Below, in pieces: positions 1-10,346 of a stretch of DNA of 64,000 bases (the first letter of the stretch is position 1; each line of letters opens with the position of its first letter). A model generated the notes under the pieces. It was given only the letters and a program-made list of their open reading frames with translations. It was not told the origin of the DNA and did not search any database. A program made the position numbers and the translations under genes. This DNA is from Micromonospora sp. NPDC093277 (GTDB taxonomy: Bacteria > Actinomycetota > Actinomycetes > Mycobacteriales > Micromonosporaceae). The stretch covers positions 382,697 through 446,696 of the forward strand of contig NZ_JBIWJO010000006.1 in the NCBI RefSeq assembly GCF_044765245.1, read 5' to 3'.

Positions 1-52
1 CCGGTCGGTGCCGGGTGCGGGCGGGCCTGATCGCCACGCTTGACGATCAAGC

Positions 53-776
53 TCACCCGGGGCCGCCCCGACGCACGTCCCATTCGACGGCGTTGATGGT
101 GCAGTGCAGCGGCCGCGACTGGGATCCGGGAAAGTAGAGCCGCCCCGTCGCATCGGTGATCTTGAAGTACGCCGTGCAGGCCGCCTCGACCCGCGGCGCG
201 CGTAGCCGGATCCGGATCACCTCGTCGGCACCCGGTTCCACCTCGCCGAGCTGCACCCGGATCGGCGACTGGAGCCAACCGGCCACCCCCGGCGTGCCCT
301 GCCGGGTCAGCCACCGGCCGCGCCAGGGCACCGGACCGGCGTTACGCACCGTCCAGGTCTTGTCGAACGCCTGGCCGCACGGCACCAGCGTGCCGTCCGG
401 TGGATCCTCGTCCATCAGCAGACAACAGTCGGCCGGATCGTGGTCGACCGGCACCGTACCGCCGGCCGCCACCGGAAACCGGGCGGCTCCGGTCGTCCGG
501 TGCAGCCGGGCGTCCCGCAACGACATCTCCCGGCCGACCCGGACCGCCGCCTCCAGGTCCAGGAACTGCCCGAGCAGGGCCTGCCCCGCCCCGAACGCCG
601 TGTCGTACCACTCCACCAGACCGCGGCTGGGCTTGGTCAGCCCTCGCTCCACTCGGGACAGGTGCCCCTTCCCCCACCCGGACAGGGCCGCGGCCCGGGT
701 CAGCGAGGTCTCCGCCGCCTCACGTACCTCGCGCATCCGCGACCCGATCACTTCACGCGCCTGTGCCGCCCGCATG
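53..776 (-). CDS. XRE-family HTH regulator with C-terminal NBR1-like Ig domain
   Basis: Minus-strand ATG at 776 preceded by GGAGG. N-terminal HTH (LSGWGKGHLSRVERG). C-terminal Ig-like region (EVIRIRLRAPRVEAACTAYFKITDATGRLYFP). Forms the C-terminal part of the artefactual 1515-aa ORF. Confidence 0.6.
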
Positions 777-880
777 TGAGTGCCTCCCCGCACGTTGCCT
801 ACCTCGCCAACCGGCCACCCGTCCCCGATTCTCGGCGGGACAGGCGCGTCATATCGGAATCTATAGATCGGAGATTGGAC

Positions 881-1582
881 ATGACACTGCTCGAGAGGCG
901 GACGGGGACCAGGCGTTGGCTCGCCCGCACCGCGCTGGCGCTGCTCGTCACCACCGCCACCACGTTGGGCCTGGCGGCACCGGCTCTCGCCGCCACCGGC
1001 ACCGTCCAGGCGGCCGGCGGGCTCAACGTCCGCTCCGGTCCGGGCACCGGCTACTCGGTGGTGGGCAGCGTCGCCAACGGCGCCTCGGTCAACATCGCCT
1101 GCCAGACGACCGGCGACTGGGTCAACGGCAACTGGGGCGCCACGAACATCTGGGACCGCCTGGCCAGCGGAGGCTACGTCTCCGACGGCTTCGTCTACAC
1201 CGGCAGCAACGGCCAGGTCGCGCCGAACTGCTCCAACACCCGTGCCGACAGCGCGGTCGCCTGGTACGAGGCTCGGCTCGGCTCCACCGCGTACGAGGGC
1301 TACTGCGAGATGGCGGCCGAGAACGCGTACGGCCGGACCGGGGTCTACGCCTCCGCGATGGCGGACTGGAACGACGCGGTCGCCCGGGGCACCGCCCACC
1401 GCGGTGACCTGAACGCGCCCCGCGGCGCCCTGGTCTTCTGGAACATCAGCGCCCCCTACGGGCACGTGGGCATCTCCCGTGGCGACGGCACCTTCGTGGC
1501 GACCAGCGTGAACGGGCGGATCGGTTCGGCGCGGCTGCCCTACTACGCCAACTACCTCGGCTGGAGCTGGCCGAACTTCTGA
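881..1582 (+). CDS. secreted SH3b + CHAP/NlpC-P60-like peptidoglycan hydrolase
   Basis: ATG at 881 after GGAG. Signal peptide (LLVTTATTLGLAAPALAA). SH3_3-like region (LNVRSGPGTGYSVVG...). Cys/His amidase-like region (GYCEMAAENAYG ... YGHVGISRGDG). Confidence 0.75.
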   Translation: MTLLERRTGTRRWLARTALALLVTTATTLGLAAPALAATGTVQAAGGLNVRSGPGTGYSVVGSVANGASVNIACQTTGDWVNGNWGATNIWDRLASGGYVSDGFVYTGSNGQVAPNCSNTRADSAVAWYEARLGSTAYEGYCEMAAENAYGRTGVYASAMADWNDAVARGTAHRGDLNAPRGALVFWNISAPYGHVGISRGDGTFVATSVNGRIGSARLPYYANYLGWSWPNF

Positions 1583-1611
1583 CCCCACATCGGACCGGGA
1601 ACCGGACGCGC

Positions 1612-1645
1612 CGACGCCCTGACCGCCAGGGTCAGGGCGTCGGCG
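1612..1645 (+). terminator. GC-rich hairpin (cgacgccctgacc / ggtcagggcgtcg) downstream of the SH3b-CHAP gene
   Basis: Near-perfect inverted repeat with a 6-nt loop immediately after the stop codon. No U-tract, which is common in actinomycetes. Confidence 0.4.
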
Positions 1646-1699
1646 TCGCTGCGATCGGAGGGCCGACGAGCGCGGGCGGCCGCTGGCTACCATGCGGGT

Positions 1700-3520
1700 G
1701 TGCCCGATGACACCAGGCAGGGGTCCGATCCGGAGCCGCTGGGACAACGGTTCGTGGTCTGCGGGAACGGCGCTCTGGCCCGCCGGTTGGTCACCGAGTT
1801 GATGGACCGCTACGGCGGCGCCGTCACGGTGGTCCTGCCGTCGTTGACCGACAACCACGCGCCGGACATCGCCGAGTTCGGGCCGGAGACGGGCGCGACG
1901 GGACCGCGTCCGACCCTCGTCGTCGCCCGCCGCCTGACCGCCGAGGTGCTGGAGCGCGCCAGGGTCCGTGACGCCGCCGCCGTGGCGCTGGTCGGTGACG
2001 ACGACGTGACCAACGTGGACAACGCGATGATCGTGCGGGAGGCGGCCCCGGATGTCCGGCTCGTCGTCCGGCTCTTCAACCCGGTGCTCGGCGAGGGCGT
2101 GGCCAGCATGCTCGGGGACTGCGCGGTGCTGTCCGGGTCGGAGATCGCCGCGCCGGCGTTCGTCGCCGCCACCCTCGGCGAGGACGCCCCGACCTACCTG
2201 CGGCTGCGCGACGACGAGCTGGTGCGTACCGCGAACCGGGCCACCCTCGACCCGGCCGCCGACGTCGTGTGCGGCCTGGCCGACACGACCGGTCCGGAGC
2301 CGGTCACTCTCCCGGCCGACCAGCAGGCCGCCGACCTGGTCCTGGTCCGCATGTACGGCCGGCACCGGCCGGAACCGCCACGCCGGCGCCCGCGCCTGCT
2401 GCGGACCGCCGCGCTGGTCTTCGGCCGCAACCTGCGGCTGGCGCTGGCCGCGGTGTTCGCGCTCTTCGTCGCCGGCAGCGTCCTTCTCGCGCATGCCCGC
2501 AAGCTGAACCTGGCCGAGGCCGGCTACCTGACTGTGCTCACCGCGATGGGCAGCGCCGACGCCGACCCGGCCGCGGGACCGATCGAGAAGGCGACCGTGG
2601 TGGTGCTGGCGATCGCCGGTGTCGCCCTGCTGCCCACGATCACCGCCCTGCTGGTCGACTCGTTGGCGCACGCCCGGCAGGCGGTGGCGTCCGGCGGGCT
2701 CACCGACCCGGTCGACGACCACGTGGTCGTGGTGGGCCTGGGCAACATCGGCACCCGGGTGATCGAGGAGTTGCACTCGCTCGGCATCGAGGTGGTCGCG
2801 GTCGACCGGGCGGAGTCGGCCCGGGGCGTGGCGGTCGCCCGCGGGCTGGGCCTGCCCGTGATCATCGGGGACGCGACCCGCCCCGAGACGCTGCGGGCCG
2901 CCTCGGTGCAGACCTGCCGGGCGTTGGTGGTGCTCACCTCCGACGACGTCACGAACCTGGAGACCGCCCTGACCGGGCGCTCGGCGCACCGGGCGCACCC
3001 CACCGCGTCCGGCACGGCGGTCGAGCCCCTGCGGGTGGTGCTCCGGCTCTTCGACCACGGCTTCGCCGAGCGGGTTCAGCGAACCTTCGGCATGCATCAG
3101 TCGCGCAGCGTGTCCTACCTCGCCGCGCCCGCGTTCGCGGCCGCGATGTTGGGCCGCCAGGTCATCGACACCGTCTCGGTCGGCCGCCGGGTGCTGCTGG
3201 TGGCCGACCTCCCGGTGGGCGCCGGATCGGACATCGAGGGCAGATACTGCCGCGACCTGTCCAGGCCGGGCGCGGTACAGGTCATCGCGATGCGCACCGG
3301 GCGCGCCGGTCAGACGATCTGGTCCCTGCCGGAGCGCCGGCCGCTGGTCCGCACCGACCGGCTGATCGTGGTGGCCACCCGCGCCGGGCTCGCCGCGCTG
3401 CTGCCCCGTACCGTGCCCAGCGCCGATCCGCCACCGCTGGCCGAGCCGGCGCCGATGCGCCTGCTGGGTCCTCCGGCGGCCCGCCCGTCCGCGCACTCGG
3501 CGGAGGCGGAACCGGCGTGA
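1700..3520 (+). CDS. RCK/TrkA-domain potassium channel family protein (two NAD-binding RCK domains flanking TM helices)
   Basis: GTG start. RCK motifs VVCGNGALARRL and VVVVGLGNIGTRVIEELHSLGIEVVAVD. Hydrophobic segments with a degenerate pore-like motif LTVLTAMGSAD. Confidence 0.75.
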   Translation: MPDDTRQGSDPEPLGQRFVVCGNGALARRLVTELMDRYGGAVTVVLPSLTDNHAPDIAEFGPETGATGPRPTLVVARRLTAEVLERARVRDAAAVALVGDDDVTNVDNAMIVREAAPDVRLVVRLFNPVLGEGVASMLGDCAVLSGSEIAAPAFVAATLGEDAPTYLRLRDDELVRTANRATLDPAADVVCGLADTTGPEPVTLPADQQAADLVLVRMYGRHRPEPPRRRPRLLRTAALVFGRNLRLALAAVFALFVAGSVLLAHARKLNLAEAGYLTVLTAMGSADADPAAGPIEKATVVVLAIAGVALLPTITALLVDSLAHARQAVASGGLTDPVDDHVVVVGLGNIGTRVIEELHSLGIEVVAVDRAESARGVAVARGLGLPVIIGDATRPETLRAASVQTCRALVVLTSDDVTNLETALTGRSAHRAHPTASGTAVEPLRVVLRLFDHGFAERVQRTFGMHQSRSVSYLAAPAFAAAMLGRQVIDTVSVGRRVLLVADLPVGAGSDIEGRYCRDLSRPGAVQVIAMRTGRAGQTIWSLPERRPLVRTDRLIVVATRAGLAALLPRTVPSADPPPLAEPAPMRLLGPPAARPSAHSAEAEPA

Positions 3521-4701
3521 CCTGCGCGCTCCGCGGTGTCGGGGTATCCGCCACCAGCGACCGGCAGGCCGATGAGCAGGCCGAGGGCGATCAGCACGTA
3601 GAGGTTTCCGCCGACCAGCGCGACCGCGTCGCCGCCGCCGTTGGCCCACACCCAGACCACGCCGCTGACCAGCACGAGGTAGCCGGCCACACCCAGGCCC
3701 AGCCGACGGCGGAGGTGGAGGTCGGACGGTGGCCACGGCAGGGTCGAGTCGGCGAGCACCACCAGCGCCGGAGCCAGCCAGACCAGGTGGTGCACCCAGG
3801 TGACCGGGCTGACCAGGCAGCCGACGATGCCGGTCAGCGCGAAACCGGCCCGGTCGTCGCCGACCCGGCCGGCCTGCCGGACCCGGACCAGCCACACCAC
3901 CAGCACCCCGGCGACCAGGACGAGCCAGAGCAGGCGGTCCGGATGGGCCGGGTGGAGCCGGGCGACCAGCCCCATCAGCGACTGGTTGGAGACGTACGCC
4001 AGCTTGCCGACCCGGTCGGTGTCGAGCAGGGCCTCGAAGAAATACCGGCGGGAGGCGTCCGGGGCGAGCAGCGCGGTGCCGGCGGTCGCGGCGGCGGCCG
4101 TACCGGCGGCCACCCCGGCCGCCCGCCAGCGCCTGGTGATCAGCAGATAGCCGATGAAGACGGCCGGGGTGAGCTTGATCGCGGCAGCCAGGCCGGTGCC
4201 GATGCCGGCCAGCGGGTGCCCGCGCTCCAGCAGCCACAGGTCGACGTAGACCAGAGCGAGCAGCAGCAGGTTGACCTGGCCGAAGCTGACCGTGTCCCGC
4301 ACCGGGTTGAGCGCGGCGAACAGGCAGGCGGCCAGCGCGAAGGCGAACCAGCGGCTCCAGCCGGCCCGCCGGGCCAGCGGATCCACCAGCAGGTGCAGCA
4401 CGAACCCGGACGCCACCACCGTCATCGCGAGGCTGACCGCGATCGTCGGGTACCAGGCCAACAGGGTCATCGGCAGCATGCAGACCGCGGCGAACGGCGG
4501 ATAGGTGAACCCGTATCCGTTGGTGGTGGTCCACTCGTAGAGGTCGCCGCCGCCCACCCAGTGGTTCACCGCGCCGTGGTAGACGCCCACGTCGAACCAT
4601 CCGCGATGCCCGGGAACCACGGCGATGACCACGCCGATCAGCACGGCGAGCGCGGTGACGCCCAGGGCGCGACGCTGGTTCCGGGTGAGCTGTTCTGTCA
4701 T
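3310..4701 (-). CDS. GT87/DUF2029-type membrane glycosyltransferase (alpha-1,2-mannosyltransferase-like)
   Basis: Start MTEQLTRNQRR at 4701, with the ATGA-type overlap to the upstream gene. Polytopic membrane protein with GYGFTYPPFAA motif. The ORF-track N-terminal extension was rejected. Confidence 0.7.
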   Translation of the reverse strand: MTEQLTRNQRRALGVTALAVLIGVVIAVVPGHRGWFDVGVYHGAVNHWVGGGDLYEWTTTNGYGFTYPPFAAVCMLPMTLLAWYPTIAVSLAMTVVASGFVLHLLVDPLARRAGWSRWFAFALAACLFAALNPVRDTVSFGQVNLLLLALVYVDLWLLERGHPLAGIGTGLAAAIKLTPAVFIGYLLITRRWRAAGVAAGTAAAATAGTALLAPDASRRYFFEALLDTDRVGKLAYVSNQSLMGLVARLHPAHPDRLLWLVLVAGVLVVWLVRVRQAGRVGDDRAGFALTGIVGCLVSPVTWVHHLVWLAPALVVLADSTLPWPPSDLHLRRRLGLGVAGYLVLVSGVVWVWANGGGDAVALVGGNLYVLIALGLLIGLPVAGGGYPDTAERAGHAGSASAECADGRAAGGPSRRIGAGSASGGGSALGTVRGSSAASPARVATTISRSVRTSGRRSGRDQIV

Positions 4702-6107
4702 CGTGGATCCATTTCCAGGGGGCGGTGGGGAATCAGCAGCAGGCGCAGGTAGCCGGCGGTGATCAGTCCGAACAGGACGCCGAGGGCCGCGAGCACGAAC
4801 TGTCGCGGCTGGGGGCCGAAGCCGCTCGGCAGCGTGACGAAGGCCAGGACCACCGCCCCGATCGCGGCCACCAGGCGTACGGTGCGTCCGGGCGCGCCGG
4901 CGGCGATGGGCACCAGCCCCCACAGCCCGTACCAGGGCCGGGTGGCCGGACCGAGCAGGGCCGCCGCGGCGAGCACCAGGCCCAGGGCGTACGCGAGGCC
5001 GAGCGCGCGGCGCTGAAACCAGGCGTACGCGGTGGTGGCGACCGCGCCGAGCAGGCCGGCCCAGACCCAGAACCGCATCGGGCCGTCACCGGGATCCAGG
5101 CCGCCGGCCTGCATGACGTGCACCGTCGCCCGGCCCAGGGCGCTGGAGATCGACCAACTGTGCTTGTACAGCGGCGTGCCCAGCGCGGTCAGCCAGCCGT
5201 ACCCGGTGCCGGTAGCCCAGGTGACGGCGATCATGGTGGCGGCCGCGGCCGCCGTGGTGCGCCAGATGGCAGACCAGCGGCCCTGCTGGCGCGCAGCGAG
5301 CACCGCCACCACCACCAGGCCGACCGCGGCCGGCGCCTTCACCAGCGCGGCGAGCGTCACCAGCACGACGGCTAGCAGGTACGACCGCTCGAAGGCCAGG
5401 CACACTCCGGCGACGAGCAGGCCGAGCATCAGCGCCTCGTTGTGCGCCCCGGCGATCAGGTGCAGCGGCACGAGCGGGTTGAGCACGCCCAGCCACAGCG
5501 CGGCGGCCGGGTCGACGCCGCAGTGCCGGGCCAGGCGCGGGACGAACAGCACCAGCAGCGCGACCCCGAGCAGCGCCACCAGCCGGAGCCCGAACAGGCC
5601 GAGCCCGAGCCCGGTGCCGGCGACGGCGGCCACCGCCGCGGACGTGCCGAGGAAGACCGGACCGTACGGCGCGGGCGTCTGCTGCCACATCTCCGGCACC
5701 TCGGCGGCCAGCCGCCCGCCGAGATGGGCGACGCCGAACCGGTAGACGTCGAGGTCGGCCAGCACCATCGCGCCCTGGGCGAGGTAGCTGTACGCGTCCC
5801 GGCTGAACAGCGGCGGGGTGAGCAGCAGAGGAGCCGACCAGCAGGTGAGCGTCACGACGGTGCCGCGCCGGGACGCCGACGGACCGCCGAGGTCGCGGCC
5901 GGCCCACCACCAGGCCACGACCAGCAGCGTCAGGCCGACGAAGCCGGCAAGCAGGGCCGGTCCGGCGTACCGGTACAGGCCGGTCAGCCAGGGCGAATCG
6001 GCGTCGTCGACGGGCAGCGCGCCGACCGCCAGTCCGGCGACGGCGAGGAGGGCCGCACCGCAGGCGCCGACGATCCGGTACGCCGGCACGGTGGGCGGGA
6101 GCAACAC
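4698..6107 (-). CDS. GT-C fold polyprenol-phosphate-mannose dependent membrane mannosyltransferase (MptB/PimE-like)
   Basis: 469-aa polytopic membrane protein. SRDAYSYLAQG motif. Translationally coupled to the downstream GT87 gene. Confidence 0.7.
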   Translation of the reverse strand: MLLPPTVPAYRIVGACGAALLAVAGLAVGALPVDDADSPWLTGLYRYAGPALLAGFVGLTLLVVAWWWAGRDLGGPSASRRGTVVTLTCWSAPLLLTPPLFSRDAYSYLAQGAMVLADLDVYRFGVAHLGGRLAAEVPEMWQQTPAPYGPVFLGTSAAVAAVAGTGLGLGLFGLRLVALLGVALLVLFVPRLARHCGVDPAAALWLGVLNPLVPLHLIAGAHNEALMLGLLVAGVCLAFERSYLLAVVLVTLAALVKAPAAVGLVVVAVLAARQQGRWSAIWRTTAAAAATMIAVTWATGTGYGWLTALGTPLYKHSWSISSALGRATVHVMQAGGLDPGDGPMRFWVWAGLLGAVATTAYAWFQRRALGLAYALGLVLAAAALLGPATRPWYGLWGLVPIAAGAPGRTVRLVAAIGAVVLAFVTLPSGFGPQPRQFVLAALGVLFGLITAGYLRLLLIPHRPLEMDPR

Positions 6108-6233
6108 CCCCGCAGAATGCCGGCACTATCTGACCGGGAGGCGAGCGTTGGTTGATCGCCTCGCGGCTCCCAGGCGTCCTACAGCAAGACAGCCGGCCGT
6201 CCGGCCTGGTCGACGCCTCCCCGACGGCCGGTG

Positions 6234-6899
6234 TCAGCGCTGCTCGCGGCGCAGGACCAGCACGACGTGGTCGACGAGGGTGCCCGTCTCGCCGTCCGGG
6301 CCGGTGCCCGTCCGGTGCGCGGCCCCGAGCCGGTCGGTGTGCCAGCCGTCAGGGTCGAGGTCGAGTGCGGTCAGGATCTCCTCCGGGCTGGCGAAACGGG
6401 CGTGCGGGTGGCTCTCGCGGGCCCACGGCGGAGGTGCCCCGTGCTCGACGACCAGGAGCCGGCCGCCGGGCGCGACCGCCCGAGCCGCCGCGCGCAGCAC
6501 CGACTCCCGGGGCAGTTCCAGCGGGGACTGGAGGAACTGCGCCGAGACCAGGTCGTACTGGCCGGCCGGGAAGGTCCGGGTCAGGTCGTGGCGCGCGGCG
6601 GTGATCCGGGATTCCACGCCGGCCCGGGTCGCGGCGGCGCTGAGCCGGCCCAGAGCGGTGGCCGAGACGTCGACGGCGGTGACCCGCCAGCCCCGCCCGG
6701 CCAGCCAGATCGCGTCGCCGCCCTCACCGCAGCCCAGGTCGAGCGCGGTGCCGGGCGGCAGCGGATCCACCACCTCGGCCAGGACGCTGTTCACCCGACC
6801 GCTCCACACCTGGTCGCGCTGTTGGTACAGCTCGTCCCAGAATCCGGCGGTCTCCGCGTCCACCGCCGGTTCGACCGGATCCGCACCGTGCTCGATCAT
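6234..6899 (-). CDS. class I SAM-dependent methyltransferase
   Basis: ATG at 6899 after GGAGGG. Motif I (LDLGCGEGGDAIWLA). The spurious 5' extension of the ORF was trimmed. Confidence 0.7.
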   Translation of the reverse strand: MIEHGADPVEPAVDAETAGFWDELYQQRDQVWSGRVNSVLAEVVDPLPPGTALDLGCGEGGDAIWLAGRGWRVTAVDVSATALGRLSAAATRAGVESRITAARHDLTRTFPAGQYDLVSAQFLQSPLELPRESVLRAAARAVAPGGRLLVVEHGAPPPWARESHPHARFASPEEILTALDLDPDGWHTDRLGAAHRTGTGPDGETGTLVDHVVLVLRREQR

Positions 6900-7312
6900 G
6901 GTTCCCTCCTCGCCGGCGGACGGCCGCCGCCCCGGCCCGGTGATCGTGCGTCCTCGAAGCCCGGACGGCAAGGAACCTTGCCAGTTCGGCAAATTCCGGG
7001 TCCGCGCCTCGGCTCCCCTCTTCCTGCCCAGCCTGGCCTTGATCGAGTCCATGTGCGGTATGTGGTGGTCTCGGCGATGCTGGATTGCCCGCCCTGTGCG
7101 GCACATGGAGTGCTCGTTAGACGAGGCCGTTTCGGAGTGCGTAGGCGACGGCGTGGCAGCACGCTTGGCGGTGATCTCGCCCGGTGTTGTAGCCATCGGC
7201 GATCAGGCTGAGCACTTCGAATTCGCGGTCGCGCCACGGCACGCGCGGCCGGGGTAACCGAGGGTGGCAAGATGGTGCACACACCGTCTGTGAGATGCGG
7301 AGGGAGGCGTAG

Positions 7313-8644
7313 ATGCCGCGTCATCCCGACACCCTCGTGGCCCCCAACGCACTGCTCACCAAGGCCCGTCAACGACTGCCGTCGCCGCAACGGCCTGGGC
7401 AATGCATGTCCCGCGCCGAACTCGCCGACAACGTCAACGCCGCGCTCCACCGGCTCTACCCACACAGGAACCTCACCGCGCACTATGTCGACCATCGCTG
7501 GATAGGCAAACTCGAACGCGGAGAACACCGCTGGCCCAATGAAGAACGCCGGGCCGGCCTACGGCATGTCCTCGGCGTCGCCAACGACGCCGCGATCGGC
7601 CTCTACAGCCCCCGGCGTACCAGCACAGCCACATCTGCCGACCACGACCGCGCCGCCCCGGATACCGCTTCCCTGACCGACCTGCTTCCGGTAGGCGACC
7701 TCCTCCAGGCCGTGATGCCCACCACCGGGCGGCGCATCGGCCACACTGCCGTCAGTGATCTCGCCGCCCGGGTCCACCGACTTCGACTAGCGGACGACGT
7801 CCTCGCCGGCGGCGATCTGGTCGTTCCCGCCTTCCGTGAGCTGAGGGCAGCACTGACGCTGTACCGGGAAACGTCCCACACCGAGTTGGTCGGGCACGGG
7901 CTGCTGGTCCAGGTAGGCGAGCTGGCGCAGATCGCGGGCTGGATAGCCTCCGACGCAGGGTTCACCGTCCTTGCTGAGCGCGCGTACCGGCTGGGCGCAT
8001 CGGCCGCTCGGCAGGCCGGCGACCGATCACTGGCCGCGAACCTGGTCGGGTCGCTGGCTTACCAGCACGCGAATACAGGACGCGAACGAGAGGCCGTCGA
8101 TCTCACCCAAGCAGCTCTGGATGAAGCCGGGCCGGAGGCACCCGCCGAAGTCCGAGCGCTGTTTCTGGATCGCGTGGCATGGGCCAACGCGCGTGTCGAT
8201 GACCCACAGCCCGCCTTGCGTGCGCTCGGAGAGGCACACGAGGCTCTCCTTCGCCAGCGCGAGGGCGAGGCACCTAGGTGGGCATACTGGGTCAGCGATG
8301 ACGAGCTGGACATCATGGACGCCCGCGTGTTCACGGAACTCCATCGGCCCCTCAAGGCCCTACCACTACTGTCGATGGCGCTGGAAGGGTACGACGCTAC
8401 CCACGCCCGGGAGATGGCGCTCTATCTATCGTGGCTCGTCGTCGCCTATGCGGATGCCAACGAGCCAGAAGCAGCCGCCCGCGCGGCAGCGCGCATGCTT
8501 GATCTCACCGAAGATCTGCCGAGCGCGCGAACTGGCGATCGAGCACGCCTCGTGATGCAGAGAATGATCCCCTTCCAAGATGTTCCGGAAGTGCGTGCGC
8601 TGCTTGCGGAGCGCCACTGCGGTCACGATGCGCCTAGACCATAG
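7313..8644 (+). CDS. XRE-family HTH regulator with C-terminal helical/TPR-like domain (Streptomyces-type)
   Basis: N-terminal HTH (MSRAELADNVNAAL...YVDHRWIGKLERGEHRWP). 443-aa alpha-helical remainder. Confidence 0.65.
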   Translation: MPRHPDTLVAPNALLTKARQRLPSPQRPGQCMSRAELADNVNAALHRLYPHRNLTAHYVDHRWIGKLERGEHRWPNEERRAGLRHVLGVANDAAIGLYSPRRTSTATSADHDRAAPDTASLTDLLPVGDLLQAVMPTTGRRIGHTAVSDLAARVHRLRLADDVLAGGDLVVPAFRELRAALTLYRETSHTELVGHGLLVQVGELAQIAGWIASDAGFTVLAERAYRLGASAARQAGDRSLAANLVGSLAYQHANTGREREAVDLTQAALDEAGPEAPAEVRALFLDRVAWANARVDDPQPALRALGEAHEALLRQREGEAPRWAYWVSDDELDIMDARVFTELHRPLKALPLLSMALEGYDATHAREMALYLSWLVVAYADANEPEAAARAAARMLDLTEDLPSARTGDRARLVMQRMIPFQDVPEVRALLAERHCGHDAPRP

Positions 8645-8924
8645 CTGCCGCCTGTGACCTTCCGGCTCACCCGAAGCCCCGAATGTCGGAGGCTTACGAC
8701 GCCTACGGCCGGTAGTGGCAGCGGCAGATGGGCAGGCCACCGACGTTGTCAGCCGGTGCGAGCTGTGGAACCAGACGCCGAGGCAGACCGGACCATGACG
8801 ATGTCAAAGATTTGTCGGAGCTGATGTCGGCATCTGTCCCCACTGGCGACGGGCGTGGTCGCCCTTACCCGCATCGTGGCAAGCCGCAGACCACCCTCGG
8901 CGGCCCTGTTGCATTGGGTGCAAC

Positions 8925-9204
8925 CATGTTCGACTACCACTTGGCCGGTGTGGCCTGCGGTTCACGCCCTTGCTGGCCGACGCCGCTCGCTGCCTGCGCC
9001 TGCCACTCACCGGGTGACCGCTGGTTCGTAGACGAGACCTACGTCAAAGATGGCGCCTACCGGGCGGTCGACCAGTACAACCTACCCGACGACGTGTTCC
9101 TAGACGGGGTGCGGAGGTTCCTTCCGCAATTTGTGGCGCGCGGGAGAGAATTTCTCGCCGACTTGGACGCCGCATACCCAGGACCTCGGTCGGAGCAGCT
9201 GTGA
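8925..9204 (+). pseudogene. degenerate IS6-like transposase remnant
   Basis: Short motif DRWFVDETYVK resembles the DDE core of IS6-family transposases. No intact ORF or inverted repeats recognised. Confidence 0.25.
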
Positions 9205-9405
9205 CCGCTGCGGTGTGAACGAATGATCGCTTTCGGCTGAGCTGGACCATCAAGCGGGCTGAGCTGCTGGAACACTCCGTGGGTGTCCGTCTCCGTCCGC
9301 TGGCGTCCACATCCGTTGCCACTCAGTTCGTCACACCCATCGGGCAGGCTGGCAGCTCTGACTCAGGCCGGTGCAGCATCGGCCTCGCAAGCCTGGAGGG
9401 AAACC

Positions 9406-9999
9406 GTGGCGGTCACCGCCGATGATCTCGATGCAGCGATGTCCAGCGTTGTTGCCAGCCTACGACCAGCGGCCGGCCTGGACTGGTCCGCGCGGGCAGG
9501 CAGCCTGGAGTGGGACTGCTGGCACACCGCCGAGCACATCGGTGACTGCCTGATGTCGTTCGCGGGCCAACTCGTGGCGCGGCCGTTGAAGCGGTTTGTG
9601 CGCTTCATGGCGAACGCCGACAAGGATGCTTCCCCGGACGAGGTACTGGAGTTCGCCGATGCGGGTGGTCGAATTTTGGCAGCTACGGTACGCACGTCCG
9701 GACCGGATGTTCGGGCCTACCATCCCACTGGTCAAGCCGACCCGGAGGGCTTCGCCGCGATGGGGTGCGTGGAGACGTTGCTGCACGGCGATGACATCGC
9801 GCAGGGCCTCGGCCTCGCCGTCGATCCACCACGTGACGTCTGCACCCGGGTACTTGCTCGGCTGTTTCCCGAAGCGGCGCAAGAACTGACCGGGGTGGAC
9901 CCGTGGGCGGCACTGCGGTGGTCCACCGGCCGGATCGAGTTGCCAGGACGTCCCCAGCTGAAGGAATGGCGCTGGCACGGTGCTCCGCTGGGCGAATGA
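9406..9999 (+). CDS. DinB/MDMPI_N-like (mycothiol-dependent isomerase family) protein
   Basis: Weak family-level resemblance (WSARAGSLEWDCWHTAEHIGD). Start choice (GTG about 9406 or ATG 9439) uncertain. Confidence 0.4.
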   Translation: MAVTADDLDAAMSSVVASLRPAAGLDWSARAGSLEWDCWHTAEHIGDCLMSFAGQLVARPLKRFVRFMANADKDASPDEVLEFADAGGRILAATVRTSGPDVRAYHPTGQADPEGFAAMGCVETLLHGDDIAQGLGLAVDPPRDVCTRVLARLFPEAAQELTGVDPWAALRWSTGRIELPGRPQLKEWRWHGAPLGE

Positions 10000-10346
10000 C
10001 CAATGAGACGCGATTAAGTCGGGGAGTCGCCCACGGGCCGTACATGCCGATCGAGGAGCAGTGGGCGGGTACTCGGCCGGGACAGACTCGTCGGATCCCA
10101 CGGCACGCTGCATGCTGTCGGTGATGGCTCTCTGTGCGGTCATCCACGAGACCGGGGGACGGCGTACCGGCACCACTTTCGGGCCAGCCCCGCCGAATGC
10201 ATGTACCGCCTGTCGTTGCCGCCCAAGAGGTCGACGCCCGCTGGCCGGTTGTGAAGCGCAGACCAGCAGGCGGGGTTGATCGACCTCTGCACGACGGGGA
10301 AGTTGACCGCGCTCGGGACAGGCTGCATGCACTGGCTGAGCCGGCG

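Noticed and set aside
53-4600. 1515-aa minus-strand ORF
   Set aside because: Runs antisense across the SH3b-CHAP, RCK-channel and GT87 genes. Arg/Gly/Pro/Ala-rich low-complexity translation is typical of GC3-bias artefacts. Only its C-terminal 241 aa (53-776) match a real family.
2269-4752. 827-aa plus-strand ORF
   Set aside because: Overlaps three better-supported genes on either strand. Composition artefact.
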